A stretch of DNA of 60,445 nucleotides, counting the filler, from Hausera hauseri (Eukaryota): NCBI GenBank assembly GCA_046269625.1. It is 10 parts of 10 records of this genome, joined end to end, with 100 filler letters (N's around TTAATTAATTAA, not from the genome) between each part and the next. Parts side by side here need not be neighbours in the genome. Positions count along the whole stretch, not along the records: positions 9,934 to 14,281 come from JBJURY010623442.1; positions 14,382 to 19,661 come from JBJURY010292281.1; positions 19,762 to 24,091 come from JBJURY010632441.1; 7 more parts are not named here. One strand, written 5' to 3'. This document shows, in pieces, positions 9,936-20,659 of this stretch (positions within the stretch are counted from its first letter, which is position 1; each line of letters starts with the position of its first letter). The notes under the pieces were generated by a model that saw nothing but the letters and a program-made list of their open reading frames with translations, was not told the origin of the DNA and did not search any database. The translations under genes and the position numbers were made by a program.

Positions 9936-12932
9936 GTTAGCCTAAATAAAATACCCGATGTCACCATGATAGCAACAGACTCGTATATTGAGTTTAAGGT
10001 CTTGCAATTATTAGACGATCCTATTTCAATAACTTGTGTAGGAAAATATCACATAATATACGCCGCTATAAAAAAGCACGAAAGGATAACTAGATGCATT
10101 GACCTCCAACCTGATGAAGAGTACCTAATCGTTTTCACCCAACACCATGCCGTAACGAGACATCGAACAATTAGAACTCAAACAAGAACCAGAAAATATT
10201 TGGCACATGAAGAATTTCCCATCTATACGCCACTACAAATAGTGACTAAGCCTAGTACACATGCAGATATGTTAAAAGTCATAATCCCTTCCATAATAAT
10301 AATAGTGCTTCTCCTGTCCATATCCACACCCTTTGTAATAATAGAAATAAAAAGAGTTTCCAAGAAACGAAATATAATGAACAAAACCTTATTACTTACA
10401 ACTCATCTAATCTGCCTAGTAAAATTAGGTAAAGATCTAGAAGAACTAGAAATCACTTCATCGCAAAAAACTGCGACTCCTTCTGATAGAGATTATAACC
10501 TCTTAAAAATTTTAATCACCATCATCTTCCTCACGTTACTTGTTACTAACCAAAAAGTTCCGCATCTAATAACCATAGTTCAGCGTGTGGAGTTGATAAT
10601 CGCCGCCGAAGGATTTGATAATTTAAATTTACACAAATATCTAACGAAACATACAACATATCTGTATAATTTAACACACCATCAAAAGTTACACACATCA
10701 TACACACGTGACTCTATAATGCAGCAACAACCAATAAAACTTAACTATAACAAGTTAAGAAACACCTACATGTTACATAAAGATACCTACACCAGAAATT
10801 ACTTCTTTTTTCAGTACTCTATGGCAAAATCAAACCAAGAATTTGATGTTGATCTAGACCAAAGCGATGACGATTCAGAATTCAATTTCACTCTCCCCAC
10901 TCTCCCAGACTCTAAACCAAGAGTTGTATCTTCAATGGAAATTAATCCAGATTCCGATTCTAATGAATCAACGGGAACAGTAATTGTTAACCCTAAAAGA
11001 AGGGTTATACCACCCCATCAGGAATTAATGAAAGTTCCACATGATAACTTCACATTCAAAAATCCAGTGCAAAATGGACATACGCGAGGAATTCTAGCCG
11101 CAACAATATGTAATAATACCAAACCCATCAAAAGACAACAACCTTTAGCAACAGAAATCAGACGAAAATCTTTTTCAATCAATGATCTCCCGGAAGAAAA
11201 AAGATCAAAAATTCAAGAAAAATTAATTGAAAATCTAAAAGAAACCGAGCAAAGTCGAATCAAAAATAGATCATGGGATGAACTTTGTAAAAAACTGATA
11301 AAAGTTTATGAACCGGGACGTAGCCTATTCCCTTCAAAATTTTATACTCGAATCATAGAATTAACAGAAACTTCAACAGATTTGATATATCCGGAATGTT
11401 GGTATTTAGAGAATGGCTTAAAAACTATGACTACAAATAATCGTTTATTCAGAATCATAACCATAATAAAACCTCTATACAACGTCAATCTCAATACTAT
11501 ACTGCAATTAGATATGAATTTTGAAAAAGTAATGATTCATTTAGCACGAGGAAAAGTTCAATTTAAAACCGAAGCGGATGTATATGAAACCCAAAGTCTT
11601 CGAAATTCCTTAATGAATACAAGAACAACTATGGCCATAAAAGCTACAGCTTTCATGACGCAGATCTATTTTCAAATCATTCAACATCCTGTCATATTTG
11701 CTTTCGAAATTTGCCAACACATGGATGAATTAATGGGTTTAAAGCCCCCCATATTTTATCAAGTTCCAGAAGAAAAGGACATGGATGGTTATCGACTAAC
11801 AACAGTCTTTAACTATCGATATCTAGCTGTATCATTAGCTTATGCTACAAATGGAGAACCATTGCCCGTAGAGGTAATAATCGCAAATGAGACTGGGTCC
11901 ATTGTCTATCAATCGCTTATAAACCCCAGGAAACGAATTAGTAATACAAACGAACATCACCATGGTTTCACCATGGCAATTATCCAACAGTCACCAGATG
12001 AAGAGGACGTCCGAAGAGAATTAACCAAATACTTATATGGTTATATAGTAGTGAGTGTTAATACTAATACCATATTAAAAGCATTAAGAATACCTTTGAA
12101 TTTCATATATGGAGTCTTCGATATCTTAACAGCCGCAAACACCAAAGTTCGATTTCAAGAGGCTCAAAAGAAGCTCAATTTAACACAGTTGCCGAAAATA
12201 TACGAACTAGACTATGAATTTCCAAAAGCAGCCGAACCCATTTTACAGACCATCATGGAAATCCATAAAAAAATTCTAAATTCTTGTACTAATGAAGAAT
12301 GGGAATGGAAATGGCTCCCACCATCAAATAATTTGATCAACAATGACAGTTTCATGGAAATACCAGAAAAATATCACCAGAACTACCACTATGAACCTAT
12401 ATTTAGAAACGAGACAAATTCTCCAATACAAAAAATGAAAGACAACACAGAAGAGTTATTAAAAAATGCACAACAAAGTAAAATAATACAACCGCTAAAG
12501 CTGTCTATATTAATTTATGGTCAAAACCAACAAGCCATTAATGTACAATTTTTACAGAAACCAATATCAACGATTAATCAATTTGGTCAAATTCGGCTTA
12601 ACCCAAAGCTAGGAGTATTAGTCGGAATAATTTATAAACACCTAATGCACAACACGTTGCATTTAGCGATGATTGGAGTACATCATGAGACTATGAAAAG
12701 TCTCAATCATGAACCAATACTGGTAAACCAACCAATTCCAATGCAACTTCATCCGACGCCCATCCCTAAACCAAGAGGTGGAAGAGCAATTATGCTAAAA
12801 GGAACTGATAAAGCAAAATTAAAAATGCTATTGTATCACAAGAATGGTGTATTTATGCTAGAAAATCTCTACCAAATGGAGAAGATGGAACAAACCGAAA
12901 CGGAAAACAATGACTTATTTATCCAATTGTGA
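9936..12932 (+). CDS. Uninterrupted, 5'-truncated accessory polyprotein: FN3-like domain, TM segment(s), low-complexity region, degenerate REX4/ISG20-like DEDDh domain, unknown C-terminal domain
   Basis: Frame open from the contig start (at least 988 aa). CIDLQPDEEYLIVF..IRT is FN3-like; VIIPSIIIIVLLLSISTPFVII is a TM helix; IVYQSLINPRKRISNTNEHHHGFT..DVRRELTKYLYGYIVVS is an exonuclease fold; C-terminus homologous to 55657-56103. Confidence 0.85.
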   Translation, partial: VSLNKIPDVTMIATDSYIEFKVLQLLDDPISITCVGKYHIIYAAIKKHERITRCIDLQPDEEYLIVFTQHHAVTRHRTIRTQTRTRKYLAHEEFPIYTPLQIVTKPSTHADMLKVIIPSIIIIVLLLSISTPFVIIEIKRVSKKRNIMNKTLLLTTHLICLVKLGKDLEELEITSSQKTATPSDRDYNLLKILITIIFLTLLVTNQKVPHLITIVQRVELIIAAEGFDNLNLHKYLTKHTTYLYNLTHHQKLHTSYTRDSIMQQQPIKLNYNKLRNTYMLHKDTYTRNYFFFQYSMAKSNQEFDVDLDQSDDDSEFNFTLPTLPDSKPRVVSSMEINPDSDSNESTGTVIVNPKRRVIPPHQELMKVPHDNFTFKNPVQNGHTRGILAATICNNTKPIKRQQPLATEIRRKSFSINDLPEEKRSKIQEKLIENLKETEQSRIKNRSWDELCKKLIKVYEPGRSLFPSKFYTRIIELTETSTDLIYPECWYLENGLKTMTTNNRLFRIITIIKPLYNVNLNTILQLDMNFEKVMIHLARGKVQFKTEADVYETQSLRNSLMNTRTTMAIKATAFMTQIYFQIIQHPVIFAFEICQHMDELMGLKPPIFYQVPEEKDMDGYRLTTVFNYRYLAVSLAYATNGEPLPVEVIIANETGSIVYQSLINPRKRISNTNEHHHGFTMAIIQQSPDEEDVRRELTKYLYGYIVVSVNTNTILKALRIPLNFIYGVFDILTAANTKVRFQEAQKKLNLTQLPKIYELDYEFPKAAEPILQTIMEIHKKILNSCTNEEWEWKWLPPSNNLINNDSFMEIPEKYHQNYHYEPIFRNETNSPIQKMKDNTEELLKNAQQSKIIQPLKLSILIYGQNQQAINVQFLQKPISTINQFGQIRLNPKLGVLVGIIYKHLMHNTLHLAMIGVHHETMKSLNHEPILVNQPIPMQLHPTPIPKPRGGRAIMLKGTDKAKLKMLLYHKNGVFMLENLYQMEKMEQTETENNDLFIQL

Positions 12933-13109
12933 TTCCTTTATGTACATTTCTCATTAACAATTCAATTGTTACCTTGTTTATTCTGTTTTATTTTCATATT
13001 ACTTTATTCATTTTTATGTCTATTCCACATTTTATCACTATTGTAATATATGCTTATTTGCTGATTTTGTCGAGTGGCCAAATAAATTTTGTAAGCAAAA
13101 TTTCTCTAC

Positions 13110-13121
13110 AGGGAGGGGAGA
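13110..13121 (+). promoter_or_regulatory. Polypurine tract
   Basis: AGGGAGGGGAGA directly before TGTT; the same tract precedes TGTT at 56370. Confidence 0.9.
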
Positions 13122-14233
13122 TGTTAGGGTAATAGAAATTTATTAAATTAGAAATTTATCAGAGATTTATTAAATATTTTTTTAATTAAGTATTTATTAA
13201 AAATTAAAAGTACTTTAATAAAAGAAAAGCTATACCACACAAAGTATAGCTTGATTGAAAGTTGCTGAGAACAATACAACACAAAAATGAAACAAGGGTA
13301 CCAACACCCATACGAAATTAACAAACATACCATTATGGTACCGAAAAAATGAAAAACTGATACTACACGATAAAATCACTAATTGCAAAAATCAAAAATC
13401 AAAACCCCACATTTGTACATTAAGAAGAAAAACACCCACAGAAAAGAGATAGGTATAAATACCTGAGTAAAATTCAGTCAGCTTGCACAAAAAATTTACG
13501 GTTAGACTCCGTGGTATAAAGACCATTAGTTTTAAACAAGGTCTCGATTAGTCCTATTCGGACGTTTGCCAATCAAATTCGATTTGCGCTAACAATTTTT
13601 TTTGGTCAACTTCGACGAAATCAGCAATCAGTTATTGTAAAACTGCTTGCTGTTATTTTGATTCAAATACAATCAGCATTTTGTTCAATCTTCTACCAAG
13701 GATACCCAAGCGGATAGTAAGTACTTAACAAAAATTATTTGACTTATTTATTTGGTCTTGGTTTTTAATAATTCTAAATTTTCCCACTAAGTAATAGCGG
13801 TCGCAGCTGAAACCCTAGTAAGCTACGCGAATCACCCAAAAGTAACTAAAATATAAACATTAAGGGAAAGTAATTTCTGCTTTTGATTTAAATACCTTTC
13901 TCCAAAGAATCCATAGTTGGATCAGATTAATTAAAGCAAGGGATTTAGAAAACAAAAATACATTTAACAGTTAATGTGTATTAAAAATCTTTGGAGACGC
14001 TTGAAAATTAGATTCGAATACTACATTTGGGTTTTTCAAGAACGATTGGAGTTCTTTTTTGCGAGAAACGCAATTAATAAAGAAATTCAACATCAATTAG
14101 AATTAAAACAACAAAGAGAAACTCTTCTTAATCAACAGAAAGTTAAAAAACGAAAACTTTTTTCTTTTAAAAGAGACAAGAATCCGAAGTTTTAAATTGT
14201 AAAGCATTTGAAATTTTGGACACTGAACCAACA
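13122..14233 (+). repeat. Long terminal repeat (about 1.1 kb)
   Basis: Starts TGTT right after the PPT and ends AACA 4 nt before a PBS; TATA-like boxes near 13455 and 13514; donor-like GTAAGT at 13717. Confidence 0.85.
13974..14195 (+). CDS. Possible small basic ORF (73 aa) inside the LTR 3' portion
   Basis: ATG-initiated ORF in AT-rich DNA with a K/R-rich C-terminus; no recognised homology. Confidence 0.3.
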   Translation: MCIKNLWRRLKIRFEYYIWVFQERLEFFFARNAINKEIQHQLELKQQRETLLNQQKVKKRKLFSFKRDKNPKF

Positions 14234-14237
14234 TTTC

Positions 14238-14256
14238 TGGCGACCCTAGCAGGACT
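14238..14256 (+). promoter_or_regulatory. Primer binding site complementary to the 3' end of tRNA-Arg
   Basis: TGGCGACCCTAGCAGGACT resembles the reverse complement of metazoan tRNA-Arg(TCG) 3' ends (TGGCGACC...CAGGACT), as used by 412/mdg1-type elements. Confidence 0.8.
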
Positions 14257-14381
14257 TGTCTCTGAAACAAAGTTAAGTTTTNNNNNNNNNNNNNNNNNNN
14301 NNNNNNNNNNNNNNNNNNNNNNNNNTTAATTAATTAANNNNNNNNNNNNNNNNNNNNNNNNNNNNNNNNNNNNNNNNNNNN

Positions 14382-14769
14382 ATGGAAGGAAAATTAGTAT
14401 CCGGTGGCAAAGCTGTGGAAATAACCGCTTCAAATTTTCTGAAATAAAACATAAAGAACAAGAAGAAAATATCCACCAAGTTCCGTATATGGCCGTTGTA
14501 ACCGCGCTTGAAATTATTCCTAGAACATTAATTCAAAAGTGTGAAGGTGACAATCTACGTCTCATAACGGAACTACAGGTCGACAGGCACAGAATTCGAA
14601 AGAAAACATCGATTTAGGAATAGACAGAGATTCCGGAACCATTTCTGACATGAAAGAATTGGAAGAAATGGACCCTCTGCAAGTGAAAAGACAAGTATTC
14701 AAAATAGCAATCGAGACGGCAGTCCTTTTATTGATAATAGACCATAGTGCATCCGGCACGAAGAAATAG
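14382..14769 (+). pseudogene. CCT3: Decayed C-terminal fragment of T-complex protein 1 subunit gamma
   Basis: LVSGGKAVE, PYMAVVTALEIIPRTLIQKC, DMKEL..DPLQVKRQVFKIAIETAVLLLIID..SGTKK match the CCT3 C-terminus; stop and frameshifts present. Confidence 0.8.
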
Positions 14770-16669
14770 TCGGCAATTAGTGATCAGACCAATCAGAATT
14801 GAACTGCTGTGTCACGTGTTATGTTCGTGTGTAACCATTTGTCACAATACTTTGTTTGAGATATTTAGGAATTAGGATTTTCGAAGTGCGTTCTTGAAAT
14901 GGAAAAAAATGTTGATTAAGCTTATTAGTAGGATTCTGTTCACAATAAGATAAACGGTGGTTGAATTTATTCAACAAGTTGGTGTAGATTTAGATGATCG
15001 ACATGAGTTTCAGCTGAATGAGTTGTGGAACAAGCATGAAGAATTAACGATGAGAAACCTTGTTTAACAGCATATAAGATAGCTAGCACATACAATTTCG
15101 TGGTACTTTGAATTACTTGACAATTATTAACATAAGATCAAAGTAAACAGGTCAAAAATTGATACAAATGCACTAAGTATGCGAACCAAAATTTTGTTTA
15201 TACTAGACTTTCGGTAATAAAATTCGTTTTGTTTACAAGATGACTACCAATTTATTAACAAATGTGCCAAAATAGATTGAGTTAATTGGAATTTACAAGG
15301 AGTGTACGAGTTGATTTATTATGTTGAAATCTTAATCACAAAAAATTATCAAAATTATCAATCGACAAAATAGATCAAAACCATATTGGCGTATATATTA
15401 CATATGATGTATATATGACAATATTATATGGATATAAAAGATTGGAATTGATTTATGAAATATGAATTTGAAAATAACTGATCCAGAAGTCCTGTTACGG
15501 ACATTTTCAATCCACACGAATTTCACAAAAAACAGAAAATATTTTGAAAAGGTCTATGTGTATATAGACTCAGGAAAGTTCGGAGGCCACGCCTATGGCT
15601 CCTCCCTGAGAAAAGTGACAAATTCGAGCCAGGAGAGGCGAAAGAAAATAACAATATTATCTTTGTCCAAAATGATCAAATCAGATGCACAATTGTACAA
15701 ATATAAATTAGAAAAAATTGATACTCTTATAACTGATGAAGGGTTGAGTTATGGTAAACCAAGTAATCTTAACGAAAGAAATCTGATGATGCATTATACA
15801 ACGGACTATTCGTACCATCAAGACTTAAAAAATATTACTACAGAAATTATCATAGGCAGAACTATAAGAATAGAAACTAAAGGGAAGATACTTGGTAATT
15901 CTATAAATAATTATAAAGTTTATTTTGAGATCAATTTAAACCGGAATCTTTGTAAAGGTAAATGCAAACATCTCACAGACGTAAAAAAAGTAGAAAACAG
16001 AGTGAAAGCGGGAAGACGAAATAAATCGAGGATGAAGGTGATTATTAAATGGGAAGACGATGTCAGGCGAAACAACCACAAATTAGGACTGTATATAGTG
16101 AGATTTCCGTTGAGATTGTTACAAGGTAGATTGAATAGTAACGTTAATTGTTGCGTTTCTCCTTTCGATTTCGCTGAGGTTGACTTGGGCTGCATAAATG
16201 CATGTATGTCTGTAAAAGTCAGAGTGGCTGCAACGGAAAACAAAAATAAAGGTGGAAAAATTCCCCCACGAAGGAGCACCGCGTTAACAATGGCTAAGAA
16301 TGGTTGTAAATTTAATTTAAATGTATTTTTGTATTATTATATATTTATAAAAGGTTTTGGGGAATTTAACAGAATTTGTAAACTGTATCTTATGGGGTCT
16401 GGAACAAGGACTTAAACGGTAATAAAAGAAAAAAAGACCTGGAGATTGGGCCTTATGGAATTCGAGATGGGTTTAGGGATACGTAAGTTCAGAGAAATCA
16501 TTGATGATACTTTGAGAGTTGGTGAGAACAAGAGTTTCGTGAAGGGTGAAATTTGTCTAACAGTGGATATGTTAGGTTTTGAGATATTTGCGTTGAACAA
16601 CACCTATATAGAATCATCCTATATACAGTATACAGTACCTACATTATGTAATTTCTATATGGATTCTTC

Positions 16670-19040
16670 ATCAACTTTAATGAACATAAGCCAGTTGCAC
16701 AACCTGCAGTACCACGGCCTGTAGTACCACGGCCTGCAGTACCACTGCCTGCAGTACAGCCAGATGCAGGACTAAAACACGTATCAGGTGCATCAGGTGT
16801 AGCGGCTCTAACAAAAAGTCAGAGACAGCAGCCAGTTGATGTAGCTGCACTGAAGAGCAAAGTGCGGCGATACTTTATAGCAGCAGTAGGGCAGACATCG
16901 CTCCATGAATTCCTGGAATATTCAAAGGAAGAGGCATCAGGAATTCTCCAGGGCAACTTGTTGGAGCTGAAGGCTCTTAAGGTGAACTTCAAATTGGAAG
17001 CTACATTCACCAGTGTCAAAGGAGAACTGTCTAGTAGAGCCTTCAAGACAAAGAACAGGCCACTATCGAAATCCTTTAACATTAAGGATTTTATTACAGA
17101 TACCCATGCAAGGCTCATCCGCGAAACCGAAGAAAGCCAGAACAAGAAGAGCGGTTGGACTTTAGCAACAATAAAGGGGTTACTTTTGCAAGTGCACAAG
17201 TATTCTCCTATGAGAGGCAGCTCCTACGTACCGCTTCCTGATTGGATAGTTAAGAAAAAGGCGTGCATCAATGTCCATAATGATGACAGCATGTGCTTCA
17301 TGTATTCTATTTTGTCAAAACTAGTCCAGGATAAACATAATGCTTCCCGAGTTTGGATAAATGACAAAGTGCAGCACACATACGAATTCAGCTGCATTTT
17401 ATTTCCGCAGAGCCTAGATGAAATCGTGAAATTTGAAAGCGTGAACAACATCTCAATCAACATCTTCGGATTGGAGGCGGATAAATTTTATCCCTAACAT
17501 GTGTACAAGGAGGAATTGGAGGAACATAGGGATCTGCTCCTGCTAGATAATGGAGAAACTAGGCATTTCATCTGGATCAAGAATTTTGAGCGCCTCGTAG
17601 GATCCCAAATATTCAAGCATAAATCAAGGCTGGAAATATGCAAAAGATGCTTTATCTATTTTAATGGAGACACAGCCGCAGAAAATTTGGTGGAACACAA
17701 GTCCTACTGCAATACAAGCTATAGCATCTTAGCAAAATTCCCAAAGGAGGATTTCCTGGAATTCAAGGAGTTCGAGAAGATGCACAAGGTTCCGATTGCC
17801 ATATATTGTGACTTTGAAGCCATCTTCATTCCATTTTACAGCTGCAGCCCCAATACACAGTAAAGCAGTATTACAGTATACCAGTACCATGAGTTATCAT
17901 TATACTACATGTATGCCAAAGGACTGGACAAAAAACCCTACCTATACAGGGGTGTAAATGCAACAGCACATTTTATCAGCGTCTGGAACTGTATTCCCAC
18001 AAACTTGAAGACATGTTGCAACAGCATAAGGATTACATGGCGATGTCGTGGCAAGAAAAAGGTCAATGGTGCAAAGCATCAACATGCTACTTATGCAAAA
18101 AGCCATTCACATGAGACAATCACAAAGTCAGGGATCACTGCCATTTTACAGGCATATACCGAGGCGCAGCGTGCAACAATTGCAACTTACTATGCAAGAC
18201 ATGCACATGTGTTTTCGTGGTATTCCACAATCTTAGTGGATACGATTCCCACTTCATTGTTCAAGAATTTGGTAATATTGAGTGGAACATTGATGTGATT
18301 CCAAATAGTGAGGAGCAGTACATCACCTTCACGAAGCATGTGGAACGCATCAGACTTTGCTTCATTGATAACTTCCGCTTCATGAGCTCGCCACTGGACA
18401 GCATCGTGAAGACCCTTCCAGCTGATGAGCTCAAGGAGACAAAGGGGTTCTTCCCGAATACATTTGATCTAATGAAGCGGAAAGGAGTGTTCCCCTATGA
18501 CTATATAACATCATGGAAAGAACTGGATGAAGATGCATTACTGGCCAAGGAGGACGTCTATAGTCAGTTGTCATACAGTCGTATTAGCGATGCTGACTAT
18601 GAGCACGCCGAAAGAGTATGGCAGACTTTCCAGTGCAGGAAAATAGGGGAATACAGTGATATTTATCTCCTCACAGATGTCCTGTTGCTTACTGATGTCT
18701 TCAAAAGCTTTCGGGATGTGGCCATTAAGAGCCACATGTTAGATCCAGCCCATTTCTTTACAGCTCCGGGAATAAGTTGGGCAGCTATGCTGCGCTATAC
18801 CGGCATAAGGCTCCAGATCTTGAAGGATTACAATATAGTCGTCATGATTGAGAGAGGCATTAGGGGCGGAATCTGCCAGGCCATTCAAAGGTACAGTGAG
18901 GCCAACAACAAATGCATGGTAAATTATGATCCATCCAAGGAATCCTCATATATATCATACCTGGATGCCAACAATCTGTATGGATAGGCAATGAGCAACC
19001 CATAGCCCTATGATAACTTTCAATGGGTGGAGCAACCGCA
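16670..19040 (+). pseudogene. polB: Polinton/Maverick (adintovirus-like) protein-primed DNA polymerase B, 3'-truncated
   Basis: KSGWTL, YCDFEA, endonuclease VII-like RDHCHFTG.YRGAAC..CN, HNLSGYDSHF, KGVFPYDY, DVLLLTDVF, YLDANNLYG; several frameshifts. Confidence 0.92.
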
Positions 19041-19451
19041 AGTCTCAGTCTTTGGCGCTCACGGCTCTGGGCATGTGTGGGCCATCGGCAATCGTCTTGT
19101 GCACAAGAAGAACGTCACCCACTGGATGCCCCTTCCTGCACCCCCATCAACCGCAGAGGCGGGGGTGCAGCCAGATTCGGGCTCAACTTGATTCTGCCCG
19201 TTGTTCACAAAAAGGACACCCCATGAACGACATCTCAGCTCGCCGCTCCAAGCTCGAGCGCTACATGAAACTGGGCCTGCTGGGCCTGGCCCTGACCCTG
19301 CTGAGCACCTTGGCCCTGCTGTGCCTGACCGACGCCGCCCACCGCTCCACCCGAGTGCATCCCCGGCTTTAAATATATTTCATTTTAGCTACTGTTTGGA
19401 AGGATTTAGCTTTAGCTATTTCTTTTAAGGTTGCAGCTTTTAGCTACTAAT

Positions 19452-19508
19452 TTAACCTCCTAGGACCTGGCATCCACATATGCAATAGTTTGGGTCTTAG
19501 GAGGTTAA
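19452..19508. mobile_element. Tiny piggyBac-like MITE remnant with TTAA target duplication
   Basis: TTAA-CCTCCTAGGACC...GGTCTTAGGAGG-TTAA: 12-bp terminal inverted repeats with one mismatch, inside a TTTTAGCTAC-rich repeat region. Confidence 0.6.
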
Positions 19509-19890
19509 AGGTCATAGTTCTTTACTACTTTTTTGCCAGTCTTAGCTTGAAAGCCTCAGTTTTTAGCTACTGTTTTGAAGATTTTAGCCTTTAGCTACCA
19601 AATGTCTTAAATTTTAGCTACTGTTTTGAAGGTCTTCACTTTAGTTTTTTCTTTAAAGGTCNNNNNNNNNNNNNNNNNNNNNNNNNNNNNNNNNNNNNNN
19701 NNNNNTTAATTAATTAANNNNNNNNNNNNNNNNNNNNNNNNNNNNNNNNNNNNNNNNNNNNGCCTAGTGTGTTCTCATTGAAGTAGCATTAAATAATGGA
19801 GTCCAAAGGAGGCTCTGTAAGCCTATAAACAGCGTTGTATAGCTCTTTGTAAGGATCAGTATGTTCGAAAAGTTGTAGAAGATTGGGTAT

Positions 19891-20350
19891 TCACGTTTTG
19901 ATTAAACTTGGTAAATAGTAGAAAAGATTATGGGCTTTTGGAAGAGATTCGGTGATGTTTGCAGATTGGAGCCAAAGGCAATGAAATTGAAGCCAGGTTT
20001 GACTTGAGTTTTGACTGTCGATAAAGAATTCGGTACAGTGGTGGCCGAATGGGAGCCCGGAAGGTGTGACTGTACAAGCGCAGCGTAATATCGGAATTGA
20101 TTTTGGTTTTTCAGTGGTGTCGATCGAAGGTGGCGAGTTCATGCCGCCAAGAATTTTGGCATTGATTTGAAGGAGAAAGGAAGTCTGTCTGAAAAGGAGA
20201 AGATCATAAAAGTTGTGAATAATGAGGCCATTGTACGATAAGAAAAAGGTAGAAGTGCCTAGAAGGTTAGCAAGGTGGTGATAGATGTTTTGTGTGGTAT
20301 GTTCTTGCATGTGTGTTTTTGTTATTGATTAAAAAATGGAAGGAAAGATA
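19891..20350 (-). pseudogene. ORF beginning with a ubiquitin-like domain ending ILGG, probably the 5' part of a mobile element
   Basis: LSFHFLINNKNTH/QEHTTQNIYHHLANLLGTSTFFLSYNGLIIH..LLQINAKILGG-M; one frameshift; GC-rich leader at 20360-20515. Confidence 0.45.
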
Positions 20351-20659
20351 GGGGGTATTAGCGACAGGTGGGTTTTGTGGCGCATGATGCAAACAAGTCC
20401 GGCGGTCGGACGGCACTGGCGCGACAGCCCGGCGCGCGGCACTACCTCGCCGGCGTGGCGATCCCCGGGCGGCCGAATCCCCGTAACTGGGCCCGGCAGT
20501 CGCTCGACGACCCATTTAATAAAAGATATTGGGGATATCCAACTCTGCCGATCATATTAAATCACGGATTAGGATGAAATTATTTTTTGGTGTAAAAAAA
20601 TGCTATAATAATTGTACCGTGTCGGTGAATGAGCTGCAAAACGTCTTTCGTCAAGTCGG

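Larger units (their letters stand above)
9934..14281 (+). mobile_element. 3' part of a Ty3/Gypsy element: accessory polyprotein, PPT, LTR, then PBS
   Basis: ORF shares domains with the accessory regions of contigs 1, 8 and 10; PPT-TG...CA-PBS layout. Confidence 0.85.

Noticed and set aside
15462-16415. 317-aa ORF as a real gene, with DeoR-like words (IDSGKFG, IDTLITDEGL)
   Set aside because: The motifs are too far apart with no HTH, and the 3' half looks like the antisense of C/T-rich element sequence; not supportable without a profile search.
19222-19372. GC-rich short ORF with a TM-like helix next to polB
   Set aside because: No recognisable family; it lies past an abrupt compositional junction, so it cannot be tied to the Polinton.
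20360-20515. HDV-like ribozyme in the GC-rich leader
   Set aside because: I could not build the nested double pseudoknot by eye on either strand.
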